Origin: an uncultured archaeon
Lineage (GTDB): Archaea > Iainarchaeota > Iainarchaeia > Iainarchaeales > Iainarchaeaceae
Assembly: GCA_964577555.1 (NCBI GenBank)
Contig: CAZNZM010000006.1
Span: 32,979 to 64,978 of the forward strand
Reading direction: 5' to 3'
DNA: 32,000 nt
Part shown: positions 1-8,022 of the stretch, piece after piece
How positions within the stretch are numbered: the stretch's first letter is position 1
Layout of the letters: every line of letters begins with the position of its first letter
Translations under genes and position numbers: made by a program
Notes under the pieces: model-generated
Seen by the model: the letters and a program-made list of their open reading frames with translations, nothing else
Told to the model about the DNA's origin: nothing
The model's database searches: none

Positions 1-521
1 TTTCAACTTCCGAGTGGAACAATTTTTACAACTCCAGCCTTAAAAAAATTCCTTTTTTGGCAATTATTTTTTTGATTTTTGCAATTTCTCTCGCAACGTT
101 TTTTCTTTCTGGAGATTTGGCTAATGCAAGGTCTGGTTCAAAAGCCACTATATCAGAATTCCAGTTTGCCAAAAAGTTTTACGAATTTGACCCACAACTT
201 TCAACCGCTGTCATAGTCTCCAAAGGCGCAGGATGGATTGCCGCTATTTCAAATAAAATACCTTATGACGCCCGTTCAAATCATTTTATACCAGATTCAG
301 AAATACAAGTAGCTCAAAATGATGCTTGGAACGAAGTAATAAAAAGAAATTCAATACAGAAAAAAATACAAGAAGGTTGCATAAAATGCATTGCAGAAAC
401 AAACGCAAAATATCTTGTTGTCAATCGCTCCCAATACGATTTAGCTTTGCCTTACAAACCGATTTTTGAATACAACGAATTTTCGGTTTTTTTAATTTCT
501 GATTTAACAAGCCAAACGTGA
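1..521 (+). CDS. 3' fragment of a polytopic membrane protein whose 5' end lies outside the window; last TM helix plus extracytoplasmic tail; candidate GT-C-type glycosyltransferase
   Basis: Frame 3 is open from nt 3 with no upstream stop (STSEWNNFYNSSLKKIPF precedes the ORF track's TTG at 57), so the ORF is cut by the window edge. A hydrophobic helix (FLAIIFLIFAISLATFFLSG) is followed by a soluble tail ending PIFEYNEFSVFLI. That tail resembles the tails of the 5236..6858 (YSYEDTKIYKV) and 16045..17586 (PNDFKIYKW) proteins. Confidence 0.4.
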   Translation, partial: STSEWNNFYNSSLKKIPFLAIIFLIFAISLATFFLSGDLANARSGSKATISEFQFAKKFYEFDPQLSTAVIVSKGAGWIAAISNKIPYDARSNHFIPDSEIQVAQNDAWNEVIKRNSIQKKIQEGCIKCIAETNAKYLVVNRSQYDLALPYKPIFEYNEFSVFLISDLTSQT

Positions 522-688
522 ATCAAGCATATGCCAAAAATTCAATTCAAATAATTGGTGGTTGACAATATAATATAAACATTCAAAAAAATTTTGCAAA
601 TGCTCTTTTTGATAACCAAACCAAAACAATGTTTTTTTGTTTGCCTTTTATGGTAATATTTTTATTATGATAAAATGGTGTTATTAAC

Positions 689-1630
689 ATGAAATTGGTA
701 GTAACAATACCAGCGTATAATGAAGAAAAGACAATTGCCGCAGTAATAAGCGAAATACCAAAAAAAATCAAAGGGATTGATTCAGTAGACATAATAGTAG
801 TTGATGATGGCTCTGAAGACAATACCAGTGCTGTTGCAATAAAGGCTGGTGCAAAAGTAATAAGGAATGCGCACAACTGTGGTCTTGCATATACTTTTTC
901 AAAAGGATTAAGATATGCGCTTGAATTGGGAGCCGACATAATAGTCAATACTGATGCTGATATGCAATATAATCAAAAACAAATTCCTTGTTTGGTACAA
1001 CCAATACTTGACGGAAAAGCCGACATAGTTTTGGGTTCAAGGTTCAAAGGCACAATAGAGTACATGCCGATTCAAAAATATTTGGGCAATAAAATAGTTT
1101 CAAAATTAATGAGTTTTTTGACAGGAGAAAATATAACCGATTCACAAACAGGGTTCAGGGCTTTTTCAAAAGAAGCCGCACTCAGAATAAATGTCTTTTC
1201 AAACTTTACTTACACCCAGGAAACAATACTTGAAGCCGTAGAAAAAAAATTGGCTATTGTGGAAGTCCCGGTTGATTTTAGAAAAAGAAACGGCAAATCA
1301 AGGCTTATATCAAACATATTCGACTATGCGTATCGTGCAGGCTCAACAATATTAACAACTTATTTGAATTATAAACCATTGAAAATATTCTTTTTTATAG
1401 GCGGATTCCTTATTTTTATAGGCTTGATTTTCGGAACAAGAATTTTAGTTCATTTCATTTCAACAGGTATGGTGGCTCCATACGTGCCAAGCGCAATTTT
1501 ATCGGCTCTCTTCCTAATAATAGGATTCCAAATAATGATAATAGGCATGATTGCCGAACTGATTAAAAGAAACAGGTTGGTCCAAGAAGAATTGCTCTAT
1601 GAACAAAGAAAAGAAAGACTTGACAAATAA
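689..1630 (+). CDS. GT2 polyprenyl-phosphate sugar synthase (GtrB/DPM1/ArnC-like) with two C-terminal TM helices
   Basis: Motifs IPAYNEEKTI, VVDDGSEDNT, TDADMQY and GSRF. Two C-terminal helices (LKIFFFIGGFLIFIGLIFG and SAILSALFLIIGFQIMIIGMIAELI). The length of 313 aa is typical of GtrB-type enzymes. GGTG lies 9 nt upstream of the ATG. Confidence 0.85.
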   Translation: MKLVVTIPAYNEEKTIAAVISEIPKKIKGIDSVDIIVVDDGSEDNTSAVAIKAGAKVIRNAHNCGLAYTFSKGLRYALELGADIIVNTDADMQYNQKQIPCLVQPILDGKADIVLGSRFKGTIEYMPIQKYLGNKIVSKLMSFLTGENITDSQTGFRAFSKEAALRINVFSNFTYTQETILEAVEKKLAIVEVPVDFRKRNGKSRLISNIFDYAYRAGSTILTTYLNYKPLKIFFFIGGFLIFIGLIFGTRILVHFISTGMVAPYVPSAILSALFLIIGFQIMIIGMIAELIKRNRLVQEELLYEQRKERLDK

Positions 1631-1639
1631 GTGTGCACC

Positions 1640-2596
1640 ATGAAAATACAAAATTGGCTTTTAATTATTTTAAGCATTGCCTTGCTTTTAATAATATTTT
1701 CAAATATCAACATCAAAAAAGTTTTTGCTGTTATTTCAAACATAGATTACAATTTGTATTTTTTGTATTTAGCAATTCTTTGTCTAATGATAATGGTAAA
1801 AGCCTTTAAATGGAAACTAATTTTGAATTCAATGGGCGCTGATATAAAGCTATTAGATTCATTCAGGGCAATTCTTGCAGGACTTTTTTTCAGCAACGTC
1901 ACGCCAGGCAAAATAGGCGATTTTTTCAGGGCAATGTATGTTAATGAAGGCAAGACAAATTCTCTAGGTTTGGCTTCGGTTTTTTTGGACAGGCTTTTTG
2001 ATATAATTATACTGCTAATATTCGGCATCATATCAATTTTTTGGATTTCACAAACAACAGGTTTTGTGGTAATAAACCAAAACCAAATTATTTTTTTGTT
2101 GATTATAATAATTGCATTGTCAGTTTTTTTAACAAAAGAAAAATACGTCAAAATGATGCTAAAACCAGCTTTTGAAATTCTTATTCCAAAAAACATTAAA
2201 GAAAAAATATCAAAAGGATTTTCAGAATTTTATTCTTCAATAAGGGCAACCAAAAAAAAACAAGCCATTCTTGCCATTTCATTTATATTAAGCATTATAA
2301 TGTGGCTTGCAAATGCAGTATTGCTTTTTATTCTTGCATCAGCCATCAAAATTAATGCGCCATTTTATACAATTATCGCGATTTTTCCAATAATGGCGCT
2401 TTCAGACTTGGTTCCATTAAGCATTTCAGGACTTGGAACAAGAGAAGCAGTAATGATTTTCATGTTTTCAATTTTCTCTTTGCCTTTGGAAAGCGCAGTT
2501 GCACTCTCTCTACTAGTATTTTTTAATGGTTATTTTATCGTTTCCTTGGCCGGTTTCATTTCTTTTTTGTCAAAACCTGTCAAAGTTGAAATTTGA
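1640..2596 (+). CDS. Flippase-like polytopic membrane protein (MprF/LPG-synthase TM region, UPF0104 family)
   Basis: About 8 predicted TM helices. Family-type motifs PGKIGDFFRA and PLSISGLGTREA. ATG at 1640 is preferred over the track's GTG at 1631. It directly follows the GtrB-like gene. Confidence 0.7.
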   Translation: MKIQNWLLIILSIALLLIIFSNINIKKVFAVISNIDYNLYFLYLAILCLMIMVKAFKWKLILNSMGADIKLLDSFRAILAGLFFSNVTPGKIGDFFRAMYVNEGKTNSLGLASVFLDRLFDIIILLIFGIISIFWISQTTGFVVINQNQIIFLLIIIIALSVFLTKEKYVKMMLKPAFEILIPKNIKEKISKGFSEFYSSIRATKKKQAILAISFILSIIMWLANAVLLFILASAIKINAPFYTIIAIFPIMALSDLVPLSISGLGTREAVMIFMFSIFSLPLESAVALSLLVFFNGYFIVSLAGFISFLSKPVKVEI

Positions 2597-2604
2597 TTTT
2601 TTTT
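2597..2604 (+). terminator. Oligo-T (T8) tract immediately after the stop codon at a convergent gene junction; possible archaeal-type termination signal
   Basis: TGA at 2594-2596 is followed directly by TTTTTTTT. No stem-loop is seen. The signal is weak in an AT-rich genome. Confidence 0.25.
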
Positions 2605-2616
2605 AGAGAATCTTAT

Positions 2617-3119
2617 TTATTTTTTGTTAATTGATTGTTTTTGAAGTATTGTTCTTATGCTTGAAACATAAAACAGTCTTTCCCATATTTTTGGGTTTAC
2701 ATTTGCAATATAGTTTAGCAATGTAAATGGAAAAACATTTGGTTCAACAATAATTTTGTTTGAAATCACTTTCAATTTTTGTGCAGGATCATGAGGCTCC
2801 GGAAAAACATTAAAAAAACTCCAAGAAAAATAATGTTTATGCGTGAGACGATAAGCTGAAGGACTTTTAAAGTGCGGAACCCATATTTCAAGCTTTCCCC
2901 AGTCTTCAAAATTCTTTCAGCTTCTTTGAAAAAATGCTCCAAAGAATCCAAATGCTCCAACCCGTCTTTAATAAAAATATAATCAACAGAATTTGGCTTA
3001 GCAAAAACCCAATCTTTATTTAAATCGGCAGTAATATCCTGAGGTCCATTAGAAAGATTGTCAATATTAACAAAACCAGGTTTATAATCAAAACCACAAC
3101 ATAAATGCAACTTAGTCAT
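2617..3119 (-). pseudogene. Class I SAM-dependent methyltransferase (Methyltransf_11-like) interrupted by a 1-nt frameshift in a G4 (minus-strand) homopolymer
   Basis: The N-terminal 73 codons (LHLCCGFDYKPGFVNIDN...LEHLDSLEHFFKEAERILKTG) read well. After nt 2897-2900 the track frame becomes nonsense and stops at 2772. The frame starting at nt 2898 reads GKLEIWVPHFKSPSAYRLTHKHYFSWSFFNVFPEPHD... for 93 codons with no stop, down to TAA at 2617-2619. One extra G restores ILKTGGKLEIWVPH. Confidence 0.7.
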
Positions 3120-3170
3120 GTTTTATATTTCTATCAACAATCTATTTATAATATTCACACTTAAATTTAC

Positions 3171-5222
3171 CTAATTTTCTTCAAGAACTTCAAAATATAT
3201 TTTTTCAAATTCTTTTCCCACTTCGTTCCATGAAGGAATTCCATTGGTTTTTGGCAATGCACTTTTTTGATTTTTCAAACACCAAATTATTTTATTTGCA
3301 ATTTCGTTTGGATCTTCTCTGTTTTTTACTCCAATACATTTATTGTATTTCACATAATCTGCCAAAACTCCTTTTTCAAACAAAACTACTGGGACTTTAC
3401 AATATATTGCTTGTGGCACTATGAGCGGATCACCCTCAAAGGAGCTTAACAAAATAAACGCTTTTGATTTTTTTATTAACCTTAAAAGTTTAGCTCTTTC
3501 AGAAAAAGGAATTTGCCCCATAAAATTGATTTTGTCACTTATTCCAAGATTTTTTGCAATTGTTTTCAATTCGTTTTTTTGCGGTCCGTCGCCAATTATG
3601 ATTAATTTCAACTTTGGAAGTTTTTCAGATACAACAGCAAAGCCTTTAATAAGCTGTGCAAAGCCTTTGTGTTCAACCAATCTTCCTACAGAAATTATGT
3701 AATTTTCTTTTTTGTTTGCTTTAATAGAATAAATAAATTCCTTATCAACCCCATTTCTCACCAAGGAAAACTTACTTTCTTTGTTAATCCAAAAAGTTCT
3801 TTTCAATTTTTCAAGTTCTGGTTCAGAACTTGCAACAATCTTGTCTATTTTATAACTTAAAATATTCATAAAAATGTCAAATAACCAAGTCATTATTTTT
3901 CTGTGAAGTAGCCTGCTTCCTGTTCTGTTTGCAAATAGAACAAGTTTTTGGTTTTGTTTTTTTCCAAGTATTGCTGCAAGCGTTACCAAATTATTATATC
4001 CGTTGCAATGTATAATTTTTGCATTTGATTTCCAAACTTCAAAAAATATTTCTGGAGAAAAATAGTAAGCATTGTTAGGCGCAAAAGTTGCAACTTCTTT
4101 TATTTTTATACCTTGAACAAAATACTCTTTAGGGATTGGCGAAGTTGCCAGTATTTCAACTTTTTTTCCTTTTGATTCAAAATATTTTGCAAGCCTTAAT
4201 GTGAGTTCTTCAATTCCAGAAAAAAATAATCTTGGCGTGGCTGTTGAAACAAATAATATGTCAATTTTTTCTTTTTCTGTTTGTTTCACGTAAAATATGG
4301 TTATTAAAACCAAAAAATAGTTTATTACTGTGCTTATTATTGTTGAGCTTACCGCTATTTCTATTGGAATACCTATTAAATAACATAAGTAGGCGTATGC
4401 TCCTTCTTTAATTCCCAAACCATTTGCTGTTAGTGGAATCAATGATATTATTGTTGTTAGAGAAAATATTGTTAAAAGCCCAAGAAAATCCGTTTCAAAC
4501 CCTAAACCAAAAAAAATTAACCATTGCCCAAACGTCTGGACAACTATTTTTATTAAAGTTATTAAAAAATTTATTACTACTGCCGTTTTTTCTCTTGAAG
4601 CCAAATCAAAAATAGTAAAAGCAAAACCTTTTCCAAATTCGTTGGTTTTCTTTAGTTTGGAAAATATTTCACTGATTTTTTGATAATATATAAACAATAA
4701 AAAACCAAAAAATAAAATCATCAAAACTGAAATAAAAACAAAAAACACAATAGTTTGGTTAATAATATTCTCCAAAAGAATTAGTATTTTTTCTCTTATT
4801 TGTTCATTAAAAAAAAAGATTCCAAAAAATCCTATTAATATCAAAACTACTAATGAAATCACCTTATCAAAAAATATCACTGCAACACTTTCATTCAATC
4901 CTGTTTTTTCCTTTAAAAAATACGCCAAGCTAAAATCGCCCAACCTTCCAGGCATTATAGAACCTAAAGCCCAACTCTTCAAATACGCTCTTGAAAAATC
5001 CTCTTCTGAAATTTCCAATCTTTTATCAAAAAGAACTCTGATTCCAAGCTCGCTTAAAAAAACACTCAAAACAAAAACAACAAAAACAGGAAGCAAAAAC
5101 AAAAAATCAAAACCGCTTAAAGCCCTAAAAATATTTTCAACACCTACAAAATAGTATAAAAACAACAAAACTAAAACGCCTAAAATTATTCTTGCATAAT
5201 CAAAAAATTTTTTGATATTCAT
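3171..5222 (-). CDS. Fusion protein: N-terminal flippase-like (UPF0104/MprF-TM) membrane domain plus C-terminal GT4 glycosyltransferase domain
   Basis: Residues 1 to about 312 are polytopic and carry PGRLGDFSLAYF and PLTANGLGIKEG, the same motifs as the 1640..2596 protein. Residues from about 320 to 683 form a GT-B/GT4 domain (ILFVSTATP..., GRLVEHKGF, LIIIGDGP, SSFEGDPLIVPQAIYCKVPVV). It is one uninterrupted 683-codon ORF. Confidence 0.75.
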   Translation of the reverse strand: MNIKKFFDYARIILGVLVLLFLYYFVGVENIFRALSGFDFLFLLPVFVVFVLSVFLSELGIRVLFDKRLEISEEDFSRAYLKSWALGSIMPGRLGDFSLAYFLKEKTGLNESVAVIFFDKVISLVVLILIGFFGIFFFNEQIREKILILLENIINQTIVFFVFISVLMILFFGFLLFIYYQKISEIFSKLKKTNEFGKGFAFTIFDLASREKTAVVINFLITLIKIVVQTFGQWLIFFGLGFETDFLGLLTIFSLTTIISLIPLTANGLGIKEGAYAYLCYLIGIPIEIAVSSTIISTVINYFLVLITIFYVKQTEKEKIDILFVSTATPRLFFSGIEELTLRLAKYFESKGKKVEILATSPIPKEYFVQGIKIKEVATFAPNNAYYFSPEIFFEVWKSNAKIIHCNGYNNLVTLAAILGKKQNQKLVLFANRTGSRLLHRKIMTWLFDIFMNILSYKIDKIVASSEPELEKLKRTFWINKESKFSLVRNGVDKEFIYSIKANKKENYIISVGRLVEHKGFAQLIKGFAVVSEKLPKLKLIIIGDGPQKNELKTIAKNLGISDKINFMGQIPFSERAKLLRLIKKSKAFILLSSFEGDPLIVPQAIYCKVPVVLFEKGVLADYVKYNKCIGVKNREDPNEIANKIIWCLKNQKSALPKTNGIPSWNEVGKEFEKIYFEVLEEN

Positions 5223-5235
5223 CCAAAAAACCTTT

Positions 5236-6858
5236 TTATCTTTTTACCTTGTAGATTTTTGTATCCTCGTAAGAATATATTTCTTCCAATACTGATTTTG
5301 GTAACGAGTTTCCAATCATTTTTTCGTTTTCCCCGAAAAATACATAATCAATCTTGTTTTCAATAAGTATTTTCATTTTATTTTCTTCGCTTGTGTTGTC
5401 GCTGAATAATTTATTCACATTTGTTTTTTTTTCAACCAAATTTGAAGTTTCGGTCCAATGCCCTAAATATGATTTGTGATGAGTCATATAAGGGATATTG
5501 TTTCCTGTTTTATAAGACGAAATAACGTTTCCTTTTTCCTGTTTTGCAAGAAATTGAATTGCTTTGTAGTCAGATTTTTTCATGTAAGGGCTTGATTGAA
5601 AATCCGGGTTTGCTACATCTGATATTCTTTTGGCAATAATAAAAGGGGAAGAGAGACAAATAATTATGATTAGTATTGTTGTGAATGCTTTGCTTATATT
5701 GTTTTTTTTTCCTAACCAAAAAAATAATGGAAATTTTGCCTCGCTGATTTTTTCTTTCAAATAAAATATGCCAAAAGTTGCCGCAATTGCAATTGGCAAG
5801 TGCAAACTGAACATTAATTTTAATCCTTTGTCAGGATTTATTGCGGCTATGAATGAGCCTAAAAGCCAAGCATAAAAAAAATCTTTTGTAAAACCGTTGA
5901 TTTTGCTTATTTTTCTTATTCCAAAAAAAGCCAGAGGAATTAGCAATCCATAGCCAATAAAATAGTAAAATAATGGTTCTGCTCTTTTCCAACTCATATA
6001 TGCTTCAAAGCTTTTTGAATACGCATAGTCGTTTAATGCAAATAAAAGATAAACTATTATAAGCCCAGCTGGAAGAATAAAAATAATCATTGTTTTGAAG
6101 TATTTCCAAGCTTTTTGAATGTCAAGTGAATCCATTATTGGGATTATTGGAATCAAAGCAAGGCAAAGAGAAAAAACGGCTATTGAAGCAGGGTGTATAA
6201 AAAATATGGCTATATATGATATTAATGCGGCAATGAGAAATTTTGCGTTTTTGGTTTCAAAATATTTTTTGAGCAAAATGAAAACAATAATGAAAAGAGA
6301 GTATGCAATATAAGGCAATGGAAAAGCCAAGTGACCGAAAGTGCTGTATCCTAATGAATAATTTATGTCTGTTGAGGCTATTTTTTCAAATATAGGGAAA
6401 AATTTTTCTAATATGAAGAAAAACCAGCCTATTCCTCCGCCAATTGAACATATCAAAAAAGCTGTTATCCTTTCTTTTTCATTTGTAAAAAAATTTTTGA
6501 GAAAAACCCATAAAGCAAAAAGAAAAATTGATATCACTGCTATTCTTCCGATATTAAAAATTAATGGAATGCTTATTCCTGTAAAATTTGAAATTGTTCC
6601 TAATAGTGAAAAATACAAAAAAACATAAACTCCATTTTGTGGCTCGGTTGTGTACCTGTTTTCCATGAATATTTTTGGAGATTCTGCAGATTGTTTTATG
6701 TAAGAAGCATACAAGTGAAAGTCGTCCTGCCAATCAAAGCCAGTATAAATATACCCTGACGGTTCAAAAAAGTATCCTGTAAAAGCAGGCAGGGATATTA
6801 GTATAGCCAAAGAAATGCAAATAATGATTATGGCTTTGTCAATTTCCTGGATTTTCAT
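5236..6858 (-). CDS. Large polytopic membrane protein with C-terminal soluble domain; candidate GT-C-fold glycosyltransferase
   Basis: About 12 or more hydrophobic helices. An acidic first loop (GFDWQDDFHLY) follows TM1. A soluble tail of about 130 aa ends YSYEDTKIYKVKR. There is no WWDYG OST motif. The family assignment is an inference. Confidence 0.45.
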   Translation of the reverse strand: MKIQEIDKAIIIICISLAILISLPAFTGYFFEPSGYIYTGFDWQDDFHLYASYIKQSAESPKIFMENRYTTEPQNGVYVFLYFSLLGTISNFTGISIPLIFNIGRIAVISIFLFALWVFLKNFFTNEKERITAFLICSIGGGIGWFFFILEKFFPIFEKIASTDINYSLGYSTFGHLAFPLPYIAYSLFIIVFILLKKYFETKNAKFLIAALISYIAIFFIHPASIAVFSLCLALIPIIPIMDSLDIQKAWKYFKTMIIFILPAGLIIVYLLFALNDYAYSKSFEAYMSWKRAEPLFYYFIGYGLLIPLAFFGIRKISKINGFTKDFFYAWLLGSFIAAINPDKGLKLMFSLHLPIAIAATFGIFYLKEKISEAKFPLFFWLGKKNNISKAFTTILIIIICLSSPFIIAKRISDVANPDFQSSPYMKKSDYKAIQFLAKQEKGNVISSYKTGNNIPYMTHHKSYLGHWTETSNLVEKKTNVNKLFSDNTSEENKMKILIENKIDYVFFGENEKMIGNSLPKSVLEEIYSYEDTKIYKVKR

Positions 6859-7012
6859 GTTAAATAATATTTTTCAATACACATTAAAAATACACAGTTG
6901 GATTTTTTTTTGATAAAATAAAACTTTATTTTTTTGTCTTTGGCTTGGTTTTTCAAGCCGATTTTATTTTTTTTCAATTGAAATTCAATTTTTTTTATTA
7001 GCCAAATTTTTG

Positions 7013-7050
7013 TTTTTTTTTGTTTTGGTTTTGCGAGCTGTTTTTTTGTC
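7013..7050 (+). repeat. Direct repeat copy 1 (T9-G-TTTTGGTTTTGCGAGCTG-T7-GTC)
   Basis: Identical to the 7120..7157 copy except for homopolymer lengths (T9 vs T8, T7 vs T8). Confidence 0.85.
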
Positions 7051-7119
7051 ATTTTTTTTTGCGTTTTGTTTTTTTTTTGTTTTGCAAGCCATTTTTTTTA
7101 GTCATTTTTTTTTGAATTA

Positions 7120-7157
7120 TTTTTTTTGTTTTGGTTTTGCGAGCTGTTTTTTTTGTC
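7120..7157 (+). repeat. Direct repeat copy 2 (T8-G-TTTTGGTTTTGCGAGCTG-T8-GTC)
   Basis: Its core lies 106 bp downstream of copy 1. The 27-nt core TGTTTTGGTTTTGCGAGCTGTTTTTTT is identical at 7021-7047 and 7127-7153. Confidence 0.85.
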
Positions 7158-7347
7158 TTTGGTTTTTTCTTATTTTATTTTTTTAGTTTTGATTTTTTTT
7201 GTTTGTTTTTTTGCAAGTTTATTTTTTTGTCATTTTGGCTTGACTTTTTTCTTTTTTTGCCAACTTGGTTTTTTTTACACGCCTTTTTGTTGTTTTAGCT
7301 TTATTAATTTGTTTTATATTGTTTTTGTCATTGGAATTTTTGTTGTT

Positions 7348-8022
7348 ATGAAAACTTCTCTTATAGTTTTGACTCTTAATGAATTTGAAGGTTTCAAGAA
7401 AATAATGCCTAAAGTTAATAGAAAATGGGTTGATGAGATTATTGTAATAGATGGCGGTTCTACTGATGGGACTCCGGAATTGGCTAAAAAGATGGGTTAT
7501 AAAGTAATAACTCAAAGAAATAGGGGTCGGGGAGAAGCATTCAGGCTTGGTTTGGAAAAATCAAAAGGAGATTTGCTTGTTTATTTTAGTCCTGATGGCA
7601 ATGAAGACCCAAAAGACATACCAAAGCTTTTAGAAAAAGCCAATGAAGGCTATGACATGGTTATTGCGTCAAGGTTTGGTAATGGCTCAAAAAGTTATGA
7701 TGCTACTTTTATTAGGTTAATAGGAAACAAATTTTTTACTTTGTTGATAAATATGCTTTTTGGCTTGCATCTTTCTGATGCAGTTAATGGTTTTAGGGCA
7801 ATAACCAGAAAAGCCATGGAGTCTATAAAAACTGACGCTGTTTATTTTGATATTGAAATACAAATGACTATGAGGTGTGCCAGAAAAGGTTACAAGATTT
7901 CAGAAATTCCAACGATAGAATACCCAAGAGTTTTCGGAAAAGGCAAATTGAGCACTATAAAGGACGGTTTTAGGTATTTGAAATTGATTTTAATTGAATT
8001 TTTCAAGGTTGATAAAAAATGA
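7348..8022 (+). CDS. GT2 glycosyltransferase (DPM1-like, soluble, 224 aa)
   Basis: MKTSLIVLTLNE..., IIVIDGGSTDGT, FSPDGNEDP, ASRF. The track ORF starts at 7126, but its first 74 residues are poly-Phe translation of the T-rich repeat region. ATG 7348 is the first start consistent with the GT2 fold. Confidence 0.85.
   Translation: MKTSLIVLTLNEFEGFKKIMPKVNRKWVDEIIVIDGGSTDGTPELAKKMGYKVITQRNRGRGEAFRLGLEKSKGDLLVYFSPDGNEDPKDIPKLLEKANEGYDMVIASRFGNGSKSYDATFIRLIGNKFFTLLINMLFGLHLSDAVNGFRAITRKAMESIKTDAVYFDIEIQMTMRCARKGYKISEIPTIEYPRVFGKGKLSTIKDGFRYLKLILIEFFKVDKK

Larger units (their letters stand above)
6859..7347. repeat. Strand-asymmetric poly-T/low-complexity divergent intergenic region containing degenerate ~53-bp repeats
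   Basis: The plus strand is almost entirely T and G. It holds about 20 T-runs of 6-10 nt. The motif TTTTTGTC[AT]TT (one copy TTTAGTCATT) occurs 6 times (near 6931, 7043, 7097, 7151, 7224, 7322). TTGC[AG]AG occurs at 7031, 7082, 7137 and 7211. The region lies between divergent starts at 6858 (-) and 7348 (+). Confidence 0.75.

Noticed and set aside
563-585. Bacterial sigma70-like promoter (TTGACA followed by TATAAT) upstream of the first GT2
   Set aside because: The two hexamers are only about 2 nt apart rather than about 17. TATA-like strings are ubiquitous in this AT-rich sequence.
6855-7218. Lys-rich minus-strand mini-ORFs starting with repeated ATGAC(A/T)AAAAA (MTKKQLAKPKQKK..., MTKKNGLQNKKK..., ...AKMTKK), one ending in an ATGA overlap with the 5236..6858 gene
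   Set aside because: The composition is simply poly-A translated as Lys. The ORFs lie in different frames and are interrupted by stops. They are recorded only as part of the repeat-region finding, not as genes.
7126-7347. N-terminal 74 codons of the track ORF 7126..8022 (MFWFCELFFLSLVFSYFIFL...), which would make the GT2 a membrane protein
   Set aside because: It is poly-Phe/Leu/Cys translation of the T/G-only repeat region. The GT2 fold begins right at Met75 (MKTSLIVLTLNE), which is the usual position for this family.
6859-7347. Possible CRISPR array or minisatellite
   Set aside because: The repeats are degenerate, T-rich, irregularly spaced (51-112 nt) and lack unique spacers of constant size. 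There are no cas genes in the window.
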